A model generated the notes under the pieces. It saw only the letters and a program-made list of their open reading frames with translations, had not been told where the DNA came from and made no database searches. A stretch of DNA of 64,000 bases from an uncultured Pseudomonadota bacterium (GTDB lineage Bacteria > Myxococcota_A > Polyangia > Fen-1088): positions 384,001 to 448,000 of the forward strand of contig CAWKBC010000027.1 of the NCBI GenBank assembly GCA_963847705.1. The letters run 5' to 3'. This document shows, piece after piece, positions 9,509 through 19,223 of this stretch (positions are counted from its first letter, which is position 1; each line of letters opens with the position of its first letter). A program made the translations under genes and the position numbers.

Positions 9509-10630
9509 ATGTCAGCGTCGTTCGATGTTTCTCCGGCGCTTCGGTTGACGCCGCTCGAGGGTGGTGGCCGCGAAGTGGACTTCGGGGCCGACGCCGGCCA
9601 CCTCGATCTCGAGCGGCTCGACGAGGCCGGCTTCGCCGCGCTGGAACGGGCGGTCCTGACCCACTCGATCGTGGTGGTCCGCGGGCAGGAGCGGCTGTCG
9701 CCCCGGGCGCAGTTCGAGCTCACCCGCCGCTTCGACCCGCGGGTCACCAGCTACGGCCACGGGAACCGCCCCGACATCATGAAGCAGAGCGTGCTCGTGC
9801 AGGACCTGGTGTCGATCCCCGCTTGGCCCCAGGTCAAGCTGCTCGGTCACGGCCGCGTCACCGAGCACGAGGGGCTGCCGCCGGTCGACCTTCACCATCC
9901 CTCTCACCGCAGCTTCCACCACACCCCGCTGACCGACGAGCAGGAGGCGCGCGGCCTGACCCGCTTTTACCGCTGGCACATCGACGCCGCGCTCTACGAG
10001 CTGCACCCGCCCAAGGTCACCACGCTGCTGGCGATCAAGGTTCCGGAGGCGCGTCGCCAGACGGTGGTCTACGACGACGGCAGCGGCGACACGCTGGACG
10101 TCACGCTGGGGACGACCGCGTTCGTCTCGGGCGCGCGGGCCTTCGAGCTCCTGTCGCCCGCGCAGCGCGCCTGGGCGCTGAAAACGAAGGCCCGCTACGC
10201 GCCGCACCCCTACGTCTGGATCCGCAACGCGCGCGCCCGCTCGAACGGCCTCGGCCTCGTCTCCGAGGGGCGCGAGCTCTCGCGGGCGGAGCTGCCACCC
10301 TACGACGAGGCGAAGGTGATGACGCTGCCGCTCGTCTGGAAGAACCCGCTCACCGGCCGCCAGGCGCTGCAGCTGCACGCCTACTGCGTCGAGGATCTGC
10401 TGGTGGACGGCCAGCCGATCGGCGATCTCGAGACCTGCCGGGGCCTGCTCTACGAGCTGATGCGCCCGGCGATCGCGCCCGCCCGCGTCTACGCGCACGC
10501 CTGGCAGGACGGCGATCTGGTGATCTTTCACAACCGCGCCGTCTGGCACAGCGTCGTCGGATCGATGCGGCCGGACGATCTGCGCGTCTATCACCAGTGC
10601 AACCTGGCCGCCAGCGAGCCGGTCGATTAG
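9509..10630 (+). CDS. xanA: Fe(II)/2-oxoglutarate-dependent dioxygenase, TauD family, XanA (xanthine hydroxylase)-like
   Basis: 373 aa; TRFYRWHIDAALY (HxD), PPKVTTL, LGTTAFVSG, YAPHPYVW, DLVIFHNRAVWHSVVG and HQCNLAAS closely recall fungal XanA; last gene of the purine cluster. Confidence 0.78.
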   Translation: MSASFDVSPALRLTPLEGGGREVDFGADAGHLDLERLDEAGFAALERAVLTHSIVVVRGQERLSPRAQFELTRRFDPRVTSYGHGNRPDIMKQSVLVQDLVSIPAWPQVKLLGHGRVTEHEGLPPVDLHHPSHRSFHHTPLTDEQEARGLTRFYRWHIDAALYELHPPKVTTLLAIKVPEARRQTVVYDDGSGDTLDVTLGTTAFVSGARAFELLSPAQRAWALKTKARYAPHPYVWIRNARARSNGLGLVSEGRELSRAELPPYDEAKVMTLPLVWKNPLTGRQALQLHAYCVEDLLVDGQPIGDLETCRGLLYELMRPAIAPARVYAHAWQDGDLVIFHNRAVWHSVVGSMRPDDLRVYHQCNLAASEPVD

Positions 10631-10855
10631 TTCGGGACCCTAAGCGGGTCGCGCGCCCCCGCGAAGAGGTCGCGCCGGCGAAGCCGCCTCTCCCTCAGGC
10701 GATCGATTCGAGCGAGTTGGATCCAAAAAGAAACTGTTCCGTTCCGAATGCTTGAGCCATCCGGAAGGGCGCGCGTTTTCACTTGTTCCAGCGTCCCCGC
10801 GGGGGTTACTCAGGAGAAGACGGGGACGACCGGGGCAGATGCGGAAAGGAGAGCC

Positions 10856-11269
10856 ATGGAGACGAGCGACAACGAGAGGGTGGTTCGTGAGATCTACGAA
10901 GCGATCGGGCGGGGGGACGTCGCCGAGGTGCTCGCGCGCATGAAGGAGGATGCGCGGTGGGACTTCAACGTCGGGCCGAGCGATGTTCCCTGGCACGCGC
11001 CGGCGACGGGGCCGGAGGAGATCCAAAAATTCCTGGGCGGATTCATCGAGAACGTGACGCTCACGGCCTTCGAGCCGCGCCGGTTCATCGCCTCGGGCGA
11101 CGACGTCGTCGTTGATGTCCACCTCGCCTACACCGTCAAGCGGACCGGGAAGCTCGTCGATCTCGACCAGCTCCACTGGTGGTCGCTGGCCGACTGGCGC
11201 GTGACGCGGCTCCGACACTTCGAGGACACCGCGCAAGTCATGTCGGCCTGGAGCGACGGCTCTGGCTGA
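10856..11269 (+). CDS. NTF2/SnoaL-like (ketosteroid isomerase-like) protein
   Basis: NERVVREIYEAIGRGD...W...G.EEI..F, ASGDDVVV and FEDTA motifs; AGGAG RBS. Confidence 0.8.
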   Translation: METSDNERVVREIYEAIGRGDVAEVLARMKEDARWDFNVGPSDVPWHAPATGPEEIQKFLGGFIENVTLTAFEPRRFIASGDDVVVDVHLAYTVKRTGKLVDLDQLHWWSLADWRVTRLRHFEDTAQVMSAWSDGSG

Positions 11270-11288
11270 GCCGTTCCCGCACGCAGGC

Positions 11289-13313
11289 GTGGCAGCGGCG
11301 GTGGCGCTCGTCGCCGTGGCCGCGATCGTTTTCTTCTGCGTGCGTCTGCGCCAGGTGCTCGCCTCCCGCGCGGCGCTGGAGAAACGACACGCGGCGCTGC
11401 GGGAGAGCGAGCAGCAGCTGCGCCACGTCGCCGACGTCATGCCTGCCCTCATCTCTTATGTCGGCCGCGATCGCCGGTACCGCTTCGTCAACCGGCTCTA
11501 CGGGGCCTGGTTCCGATGTTCGACCGACGAGGTGGTCGGCAAGAAGATCGACGACGTGCTCGGACCGGAGACGATGAAGTTTGCCGGGGACTACATCGAT
11601 CGGGCCCTGCGCGGGGAAGAGGTCCACTTCCAGCCCGAGGTCCAGTATCCCGCGGGACCGCGCTGGGTGGATGCCCACTATGTCCCCGACTTCGACGCCT
11701 CGGGAGAGGTGGCCGGCTTCTGCGTCCTGGTCCTCGACGTCACGCAACGAAAGCTGGCCGAGGACGCGGTTCGCCAGAGCGAGGCGCGCCTGTGGGCCAT
11801 CCTCGACCACCTCTCCGTGGGCGTCGGGCTCGTCGACGGCGAGGGGCGGATGATCCTCAGCAACTCGACGATGCGCGACTACATCCCCGAGCGGATCCCC
11901 TCGCGTGATCCGGCGCGAATCCAGCGCTGGCGCAGCGACGGCGACGCCGTGCCGCCCCAGGGGTGGGCCGCCGAGCGGGCGCTGCGCGGCGAGACGATCC
12001 GCCCCGGGCAGGAGTTTTCTTACCAGGGCGACGACGGGCGCGACGTCTCGGTGCTCACGTCGGCGGTGCCGTTTCGCGGAGGGGAAGGCCAGGTGCTGGG
12101 CGCGATCGTCGTTCTTCAGGACATCACCGCGCACAAGGAGGCGAACCGGGCGCTGCAGGCGGCCGACCGGCGCAAGGACGAGTTCCTCGCCACGCTGGCG
12201 CACGAGCTGCGCAACCCGCTGGCGGCGATCCGCAACGCCGCCGCGATCTTGACGGCGATGGAGTCTTCCAACCCCGAGGCGCGGTGGGTGCCCGAGGTCA
12301 TCGATCGCCAGCTGGAGCAGATGTCGCGGCTGCTCGAGGATCTGCTCGACGTGTCGCGCATCGCCCACGACAAGCTGGCCCTCCGCCGGCAGCGCGTCGA
12401 GCTGTCGGCCGTCGTCCACGACGCCATCGAGACCTGTGGTCCCCATCTGGACGCCGGCAAGCACGCGCTGGCGGTCGCGCTTCCGGCCGAGCCGATCGTC
12501 CTGCACGCCGATCCGGTCCGGCTGGAGCAGATCTTCTCCAACCTCATCAGCAACGCCGCCAAGTACACCCCGCCGGGTGGTCACATCCGGGTCACCGGCG
12601 AGCGTCGGGGCGACGAGGTCGCCATCTGCGTGAAGGACGACGGGGTCGGCATCTCCCCCGAGATGTTGCCGCGGCTGTTCGAGATCTTTTCGCAGGGGGA
12701 GCGGGCCTTGGAGCGTTCGCAGGGCGGCCTCGGCGTGGGGCTCTCGCTGGTGCGGGGCCTGCTGGGGCTCCACGGCGGGCGCGTGGAGGCGAAGAGCGAG
12801 GGGCTCGGAAAGGGGAGCGAGTTCACCGTCCACCTGCCGCTCATCGCCCCGGGCGCGTCCGCGTCGCCGTCGCCCCGGGTCGCGGCCGAGAGGACGGCGG
12901 TCGCCGCCAAACGCCGGGTCTTGATCGCCGACGATGCGCGAGACAGCGCCGACAGCCTGGCGGTGATCCTGGCGATGAAGGGGCACGAGACGCACGCCGC
13001 GTACGACGGCGAAGAGGCGATGACGGCCGCGGCCCGCCTGCGGCCGGACGTGGTCATCCTCGACATCCGGATGCCCAGGCGCAACGGTTACGAGGCCTGC
13101 CGCTGGATCCGGGAGCAGCCCTGGGGAAAGGCGATGGTGCTGATCGCGCTCAGCGGCTGGGGGACCGAGGACGATCGCCGCCGGACCGAGGAGGCGGGAT
13201 TCGATCACCATCTGGTCAAGCCGGTCGCCCCCGACGTTCTCTTCGCGCTCATCGCCTCGCGCCCCGCCGCGATGCCCGGGCGTTCGCCGGGCCCGCAGCC
13301 GCGCGTCGGCTAG
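11289..13313 (+). CDS. Hybrid PAS-PAS sensor histidine kinase / response regulator
   Basis: Two PAS domains; FLATLAHELRNPL (H-box), NLISNAAKY, DDGVG, GLGVGL; C-terminal receiver (IADD, ILDIRMP, LVKP). Confidence 0.93.
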   Translation: MAAAVALVAVAAIVFFCVRLRQVLASRAALEKRHAALRESEQQLRHVADVMPALISYVGRDRRYRFVNRLYGAWFRCSTDEVVGKKIDDVLGPETMKFAGDYIDRALRGEEVHFQPEVQYPAGPRWVDAHYVPDFDASGEVAGFCVLVLDVTQRKLAEDAVRQSEARLWAILDHLSVGVGLVDGEGRMILSNSTMRDYIPERIPSRDPARIQRWRSDGDAVPPQGWAAERALRGETIRPGQEFSYQGDDGRDVSVLTSAVPFRGGEGQVLGAIVVLQDITAHKEANRALQAADRRKDEFLATLAHELRNPLAAIRNAAAILTAMESSNPEARWVPEVIDRQLEQMSRLLEDLLDVSRIAHDKLALRRQRVELSAVVHDAIETCGPHLDAGKHALAVALPAEPIVLHADPVRLEQIFSNLISNAAKYTPPGGHIRVTGERRGDEVAICVKDDGVGISPEMLPRLFEIFSQGERALERSQGGLGVGLSLVRGLLGLHGGRVEAKSEGLGKGSEFTVHLPLIAPGASASPSPRVAAERTAVAAKRRVLIADDARDSADSLAVILAMKGHETHAAYDGEEAMTAAARLRPDVVILDIRMPRRNGYEACRWIREQPWGKAMVLIALSGWGTEDDRRRTEEAGFDHHLVKPVAPDVLFALIASRPAAMPGRSPGPQPRVG

Positions 13314-13327
13314 AACCAGGCCCAGCG

Positions 13328-14254
13328 ATGGACGCCGCGATCCGCATCGAAGGGCTGGTGAAGAGATACGGCGAGGTCGTCGCGGTCGACGGGCTCGATC
13401 TCGAGGTCCGGCGCGGAGAGTGCTTCGGGCTCCTCGGCCCCAACGGCGCGGGGAAGACGACCACCATCGAGATCCTCGAAGGGCTGCTCTCGCCGAGCGC
13501 GGGCACGGTGGAGGTGCTGGGGCGACGGTGGGAGCGGGATCCCGACGCGCTGCGGGCGCGCATCGGCGTCGCCCTGCAGGAGACCAAGCTGTTCGACCGG
13601 CTGACCGTCGAGGAGACGCTCCGTTTGTTCCGCTCGTTTTATTCGCCGGGGACGGCGCTTTCGGTCGAGGCCCTCCTCGAGGAGATGCAGCTGGGGGAGA
13701 AGCGGGCCACCTGGGTGATGAAGCTCTCCGGCGGGCAGCGGCAACGGTTGGCCGTGGCGCTCGGGCTGGTCGGCGATCCGGAGGTGCTGTTCCTCGACGA
13801 GCCGACGACCGGGCTCGACCCGCAATCCCGGCGCGCCCTCTGGGACACGATCGCGGCGCTGCGCACGCGCGGCAAGACGGTCGTCCTCACCACCCACTAC
13901 ATGGACGAAGCAGAGCGTCTCTGCGATCGGGTGGCCATCGTCGATCACGGCAAGGCGATCGCGCTGGGGACGCCGGGGGAGCTCATCGATCAAAATGGCG
14001 GCCAACACCTGGTGGAGGTCAGCACCGAGCCCGCGCTGCCGCCCGAGGCGTTGACCGGTCTGCTGGGCCTGCGCTCTCTCCGCGCCAAGGGCGATGGGTT
14101 CGCGCTGTCGATCGACGCGCCGCACGTCACCTTGCCCGCGCTCGTCGCGCGGCTCGGCGAACGGGGCGTCGCGCCCACGCGCCTGGTCTCGCGCACCGCC
14201 ACGCTCGACGACGTGTTTCTGGCGCTGACCGGACGAACCTTGAGGGAGGACTAG
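13328..14254 (+). CDS. ABC-2 type exporter ATP-binding protein
   Basis: GPNGAGKT, LSGGQ, FLDEPTTGLD and TTHYM motifs. Confidence 0.95.
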   Translation: MDAAIRIEGLVKRYGEVVAVDGLDLEVRRGECFGLLGPNGAGKTTTIEILEGLLSPSAGTVEVLGRRWERDPDALRARIGVALQETKLFDRLTVEETLRLFRSFYSPGTALSVEALLEEMQLGEKRATWVMKLSGGQRQRLAVALGLVGDPEVLFLDEPTTGLDPQSRRALWDTIAALRTRGKTVVLTTHYMDEAERLCDRVAIVDHGKAIALGTPGELIDQNGGQHLVEVSTEPALPPEALTGLLGLRSLRAKGDGFALSIDAPHVTLPALVARLGERGVAPTRLVSRTATLDDVFLALTGRTLRED

Positions 14255-14256
14255 GG

Positions 14257-15318
14257 ATGCCTGGTGGACCGGTCGGTGGACCGCTGCTGGCGCTCAGCGG
14301 CGCACGCATCAAGCAGTTCCTGCGCGAGCCGGGCGCTCTCTTCTGGACCTTCGGGTTCCCTTTGCTGATCACGGTCGCGCTCGGCACCGCCTTCCGCAAC
14401 CAGGGCCCGACCAGGAGCCACGTCGCCGTCATGGCGGGCCAAGGGGACGCCAGCGCGCGCGCCGCCGCCGCCCTGGCGGGCGATCGCGGGCTCGAGGTGG
14501 CGATCCTCGACCCGGATCGCGCCGCGCGACGGCTCGGCACGGGAGAGGTCGTCCTCGTGGTGATTCCGCCTGCCTCTCCCGGGTTGCCGTTCGTGTACCG
14601 GTACGATCCCACCCGCCCGGATGCGCCGGCGGTCCGGCGGCTGGTCGACGAGCGCCTCCAGCGGCAGGCGGGGCGCCGCGATCCCTTGTCCACCCGCGAC
14701 GAGACCGCGGTGGCGCGCGGCGCCCGCTATGTCGACTGGTTGGTGCCGGGGCTGCTCGGCATGCAGCTGCTCAACGGCGCCATGTGGGGCGCCGCCTTCA
14801 ACATCGTGAACGCGCGCCAGCGCAAGCTGCTGAAGCGTCTGGCCGCCACCCCCATGCGGCGGAGCCACTACCTGCTGTCGTTCCGGGTCTCGGGGCTGTT
14901 GTTCGTGCCCATCCAGGTCATCGTCCTGTTTTTGTTCGCCCGCCTCACCTTCGGCGTCACGATCCACGGCTCGGCGCTCGCCACGCTGGGGCTGGCGCTG
15001 CTCGGCTCCTGGTCCTTCGCCGGCCTCGGGCTCCTCTGTGCGTCGCGGGCGCAGAACAGCGAGACGGCGAATGGGCTCATCAACCTGATCACGCTGCCGA
15101 TGATGGTGTTCTCGGGCGTCTTCTTCTCGTCGAGCCGCTTCCCGCGGGTGGTGCAGCCGGCCATTCGCCTGCTTCCCATGAGCGCCCTCAATGAAGCCCT
15201 GCGCAGCGTCGTCAACGACGGCGCCTCGATCTTCTCACAGGGATATCCGATCGCGGTGCTCTTGGGCTGGGCGCTGGTCACCTCATTCATCGCGGTCCGC
15301 ATCTTCCGCTGGACCTGA
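14257..15318 (+). CDS. ABC-2 type exporter permease
   Basis: FLREPGALFWTFGFP, YVDWLVPGLLG, LKRLAATP and FSGVFF; six TM segments; follows the ATPase. Confidence 0.9.
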   Translation: MPGGPVGGPLLALSGARIKQFLREPGALFWTFGFPLLITVALGTAFRNQGPTRSHVAVMAGQGDASARAAAALAGDRGLEVAILDPDRAARRLGTGEVVLVVIPPASPGLPFVYRYDPTRPDAPAVRRLVDERLQRQAGRRDPLSTRDETAVARGARYVDWLVPGLLGMQLLNGAMWGAAFNIVNARQRKLLKRLAATPMRRSHYLLSFRVSGLLFVPIQVIVLFLFARLTFGVTIHGSALATLGLALLGSWSFAGLGLLCASRAQNSETANGLINLITLPMMVFSGVFFSSSRFPRVVQPAIRLLPMSALNEALRSVVNDGASIFSQGYPIAVLLGWALVTSFIAVRIFRWT

Positions 15319-15322
15319 GGGC

Positions 15323-16240
15323 ATGCCGGGGGAGGGGACTGGCGCGGCGACGATTCGGGTGGGTCTCGCCGGGTGGGACTACCCGGACTGGCGCGGCATC
15401 GTCTATCCGAAGAAGAGGACCAAGAGCTTCGACGAGCTCGGGTACCTGGCCCGGTACTTCGACACCCTGGAGATCAACTCTACCTTCTACCGCCCGGCCG
15501 ATCCGAAGGCGGCGGCGGGCTGGGTGAAGCGCGTCGACCACAACCCGGCGTTCAAGTTCACCGCCAAGCTCTGGAAGCGGTTCACCCACGAGCGCGCGGC
15601 CGCCTGGACGGCGAGGGAGATCGGGCTCGCCAGCGCCGCGCTCGACGTCATTCAAGAGGCCGGCCGGCTGGGGGCGGTCCTGCTGCAGTTCCCCTGGTCG
15701 TTCAAGCGTGACGAGGCGTCGCAGGAGTGGCTGCGCGATCTGCTCGGCGCGTTCGCCCGGTTCCCGCTGGTCCTGGAGGTGCGGCACGCCAGCTGGGCCA
15801 GCGGTGACGTCCTGGCCGAGCTGACCGAGCGCGCGGTCGGCGTCGTCAACGTCGACCAGCCGCTCTTCTCGAACTCGATCGCGCCGGCCGCGCACGCCAC
15901 GTCGCCGGTCGGCTACGTCCGCCTGCACGGGCGCAACTACCAGGACTGGTTCCGGGCCCGCGCCAGCGGCAACCAGCGCTACAACTACCTTTACACCGCC
16001 GACGAGCTCCGCCCGTGGGTGGAGCGCATCCGGGAAATGGCCGCGCGGCCGACCATCCGCGAGCTCTACGCGGTGACCAACAACCACAACCTCGGCAAGG
16101 CCCCCGCCAACGCCGGGATGATCCTGTCGATGCTGGCGGGCGAGAAGGTCCGCCTTCCGGCGGGGCTGTTCGCCCTCTACCGGAAGGACCTCGACGAGTT
16201 CGCCGTCCCGGACGTCGTCGGTCAGAGGGAGCTGTTCTGA
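15323..16240 (+). CDS. DUF72-domain protein
   Basis: GLAGWDYPDW, TLEINSTFYR, LLQFP, LEVRH, YVRLHGRN and YLYT..EL..W motifs. Confidence 0.9.
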   Translation: MPGEGTGAATIRVGLAGWDYPDWRGIVYPKKRTKSFDELGYLARYFDTLEINSTFYRPADPKAAAGWVKRVDHNPAFKFTAKLWKRFTHERAAAWTAREIGLASAALDVIQEAGRLGAVLLQFPWSFKRDEASQEWLRDLLGAFARFPLVLEVRHASWASGDVLAELTERAVGVVNVDQPLFSNSIAPAAHATSPVGYVRLHGRNYQDWFRARASGNQRYNYLYTADELRPWVERIREMAARPTIRELYAVTNNHNLGKAPANAGMILSMLAGEKVRLPAGLFALYRKDLDEFAVPDVVGQRELF

Positions 16241-16274
16241 CGATCTCCGGCGCCCAGGCTGGATACTTGCGCGA

Positions 16275-16291
16275 CCTGAACGGACGTATAG
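16275..16291 (-). promoter_or_regulatory. Myxococcus-type LexA (SOS) box overlapping the promoter of the UvrD helicase gene
   Basis: Minus strand reads CTATACGTCCGTTCAGG, a 17/17 match to the M. xanthus LexA consensus CTRHAMRYBYGTTCAGS; sits in the spacer between TTGCGC (-35, 16267-16272) and TAGTAT (-10, 16289-16294) and overlaps the -10. Confidence 0.8.
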
Positions 16292-16300
16292 TATCAGTCC

Positions 16301-18364
16301 GTGGCGTCCTCGGCGAGCTCCCCTGATCCGATCCTCGATCCGCTGAACCCCGCGCAGCGCCGCGCCGCAACCGCCGATGACGGCCCGCTGTTGATCGTGG
16401 CCGGGGCGGGGACCGGGAAGACCCAGACGCTGGCGCACCGGGTGGCGGCGCTCATCGCCCGCGGCGCGGATCCGCGGCGCATCTTGCTGCTGACGTTCTC
16501 CCGCCGCGCGGCGCAGGAGATGACCCGGCGGGCGGTGCGCCTGCTGGCGCGGCGGCCCGGCGCGGACGCCGCCAGCTTGCCCTGGGCCGGGACCTTCCAC
16601 GCCATCGCCAACCGGCTCTTGCGGCATCACGCGGCGGAGGCGGGGCTCGATCCGGCGTTCACGCTCCTCGATCGCGAGGATGCCGCCGACCTCCTGGACC
16701 ACCTTCGCCACGAACAGGGGCTGTCGAAGAGCGACCGCCGCTTTCCGCGCAAGGGGACCTGCCTCGCCATCTATTCCAGCGTGGTGAACACGCAGGTCGA
16801 TCTGCGTGCCTGCCTGGAGACGCGCTTCCCCTGGTGCCTCGAATGGGAGGAGGCGCTGCGCGCGCTCTACGCCAGCTATGTCGAGGCCAAGGCGTCCCGG
16901 GCGGTCCTCGACTACGACGATCTGCTGCTCTACTGGTTTCACCTCATGAGCGACCCCTCGCTGGCGCGGCGGATCGGCGCGCTGTTCGATCACGCGCTGG
17001 TCGACGAGTACCAGGACACCAACACCCTGCAAGCCGAGATCTTGCGGCGGCTCAAGCCGGACGGGCGGGGCGTGACCGTGGTCGGCGACGACGCGCAGGC
17101 GATCTACAGCTTCCGGGCCGCCTGCGTGGGGAACATCCTGGCCTTCCCGCGCCAGTACGACCCGCCCGCCGCGGTGATCACCATCGAGCAGAACTACCGC
17201 TCGACGGCGCCCATCTTGGAGGCGGCCGACGCCGTGCTGTCGCTGGCGACCGAGCGCTACGAAAAGCGTCTCTTTTCGGCCCGGCTGGGCGGTGTGCGGC
17301 CGGTTCTGGCCACCGTCCCCGACGAGCTCGCCCAGGTCGAATATGTGGTCACGACCATCCTCGAACAGCGCGAGGCCGGCGTCCCCTTGCGCCAGCAGGC
17401 GGTCCTGTTCAGGGCGGCCCACCACAGCGACGCGCTGGAGGTCGAGCTCGGCCGTCGGAACATCCCCTTCGTGAAGTTCGGCGGGCTCCGTTTTCTGGAG
17501 GCCGCTCACGTGAAGGACGCGCTCGCCTGCCTGCGGTGGGCGGAGAATCCGCGCGACACGCTGGCGGCGTTTCGGCTGGCGCAGCTGCTTCCCGGAATGG
17601 GTCCGCGCCTGGCCGCCGCCCTGGTCCAGCACGTCTCCGCGGCCTCGTTTGCGCTTTCGCCCGCGCTGGCGAGCTTTGTCCCTCCGGCGGCGGCGCGGGA
17701 AGACTGGCCGGCCTTCATCGAGCTCTTCCACCAGCTCGGGGGCAGCGGCGCGGCCTGGGCCGCTCAGATGGGTCTCGTCCGGCGCTGGTACGAGCCGCAC
17801 CTTGCGCGTCTCTACGACGACGCCCGCAGCCGTCTCGCCGATCTGGAGCAGCTCGAACAGCTGGCGGCCGTGGCGCCGTCCCGCGAATCGTTCCTCTCCG
17901 ATCTCACCCTCGATCCGCCGTCCGCCACCGGCACCGAGGCGGGAGCGCCCCACCTCGACGAGGACTACCTGATCCTGTCGACGATCCACTCCGCCAAAGG
18001 GCAGGAGTGGGACACGGTGTTCGTTCTCAATGCCGCCGACGGTTGCATCCCCTCCGACCTCGCCACCGGAAATCCCGCCGAGATCGAGGAAGAGCGGCGG
18101 CTGCTCTACGTCGCCATGACCCGGGCCAAGAACGCGCTCTCCCTGGTCCATCCACTGCGCTTCTTCATCCGACAGCAGAGCCGCCTCGGCGATCGGCATG
18201 TCTTCACCCCGCGGACCCGGTTCATTCCTGACACCATCCTCGACAGATTCGAACGCCTCGTGCCGCCAACCCTGACCACCCCGGACGCGGGGCCGGCCGG
18301 GGCGGGGCCGCGGATTGACGTCGCCGCCCGCCTTCGCGCGACCTGGGCGACGCCGGCGCGTTGA
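16301..18364 (+). CDS. UvrD/Rep/PcrA-family ATP-dependent DNA helicase
   Basis: LNPAQ, AGAGTGKT, TFSRRAA, TFHA, VDEYQDTN, VGDDAQAIYSFR, QNYRS, STIHSAKGQEW and EERRLLYVAMTRA motifs. Confidence 0.95.
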   Translation: MASSASSPDPILDPLNPAQRRAATADDGPLLIVAGAGTGKTQTLAHRVAALIARGADPRRILLLTFSRRAAQEMTRRAVRLLARRPGADAASLPWAGTFHAIANRLLRHHAAEAGLDPAFTLLDREDAADLLDHLRHEQGLSKSDRRFPRKGTCLAIYSSVVNTQVDLRACLETRFPWCLEWEEALRALYASYVEAKASRAVLDYDDLLLYWFHLMSDPSLARRIGALFDHALVDEYQDTNTLQAEILRRLKPDGRGVTVVGDDAQAIYSFRAACVGNILAFPRQYDPPAAVITIEQNYRSTAPILEAADAVLSLATERYEKRLFSARLGGVRPVLATVPDELAQVEYVVTTILEQREAGVPLRQQAVLFRAAHHSDALEVELGRRNIPFVKFGGLRFLEAAHVKDALACLRWAENPRDTLAAFRLAQLLPGMGPRLAAALVQHVSAASFALSPALASFVPPAAAREDWPAFIELFHQLGGSGAAWAAQMGLVRRWYEPHLARLYDDARSRLADLEQLEQLAAVAPSRESFLSDLTLDPPSATGTEAGAPHLDEDYLILSTIHSAKGQEWDTVFVLNAADGCIPSDLATGNPAEIEEERRLLYVAMTRAKNALSLVHPLRFFIRQQSRLGDRHVFTPRTRFIPDTILDRFERLVPPTLTTPDAGPAGAGPRIDVAARLRATWATPAR

Positions 18365-18388
18365 CCCGTCCCGCGGGGCGCGCGCCGG

Positions 18389-19150
18389 CTACCGAACGGC
18401 GACGATGAACAGACGGGGAAACGAGAACAGGCGCTTGCCGTCGACCCGCGCGGGATAGGCGAGCGCGATCGCGGCCTGGTAGGCGGCGAGGTACGACGTG
18501 CGCTCGCCCTCGGTCAGGTCCTCGAGATACGGCCGGAGGCCGGTCCCCTTGACCCATTCGACGATGGCGGCCGCGTCCAGCATCACGTGCTCGTAGGTGG
18601 TTCGCCAGATGTCGACGGCGGTGGCCTGCGGGGCCAGCAAATCGTAATAGAACGCTGCCCCCGCGACCGGCGTCGCCGACGTCACGGGGGTTCGGCCCGG
18701 CATCAACCGCGCGCGAACCTCGCGCATCAGCCGATGACTCGGCTCCTCGAAGCTGTGCGGCATTTGAACCGCCAGGACACCCCCTTTTCTCACCTGCTCG
18801 AGGAGCGACGGGAACAGCGTGGCGTGCTCGGGCAACCAGTGAAAGACCGCGTTCCCAAACAGCAGGTCCAGGGGCTCCGAGGCCCGGTAGCTGCCGGCAT
18901 CGCCCAGCGTCCATTCGATTGCCGGAAAATCCCGGCGGGCGCGTTCGAGCATCTCGGGCGAGTTGTCGAGGCCGCTCAGCCTGGCGTTCGGCCAGCGCTC
19001 GCGCAGCAAGGCCGTCGAGTTGCCGGGGCCGCAGCCGAGATCGACGACGCGCTCCGCGCGCTCGAGCGGCACCCGCGCCAGAAGCTCCCGCGCCGCGCGG
19101 GTTCGTTCGTCTCCGAACTTCAGGTACTGGGCATCGTTCCAGAGCGCCAC
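18389..19150 (-). CDS. tam: Trans-aconitate 2-methyltransferase
   Basis: WNDAQYLKFGDERTR, VDLGCGPGNST, NAVFHW, WVKGTGLRP and FPRLFIVA motifs; probable GTG start at 19150. Confidence 0.92.
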   Translation of the reverse strand: MALWNDAQYLKFGDERTRAARELLARVPLERAERVVDLGCGPGNSTALLRERWPNARLSGLDNSPEMLERARRDFPAIEWTLGDAGSYRASEPLDLLFGNAVFHWLPEHATLFPSLLEQVRKGGVLAVQMPHSFEEPSHRLMREVRARLMPGRTPVTSATPVAGAAFYYDLLAPQATAVDIWRTTYEHVMLDAAAIVEWVKGTGLRPYLEDLTEGERTSYLAAYQAAIALAYPARVDGKRLFSFPRLFIVAVR

Positions 19151-19223
19151 GGTCGTCGAGGATAGCCCAGCAAGCGGCGCCGTATCCTGCCGAATCCAGC
19201 GACCCCGAGCGTTCGCCACCTGA

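Noticed and set aside
15287-18199. 970-aa minus-strand ORF
   Set aside because: Antisense shadow of the DUF72 and UvrD genes, typical of high-GC codon bias
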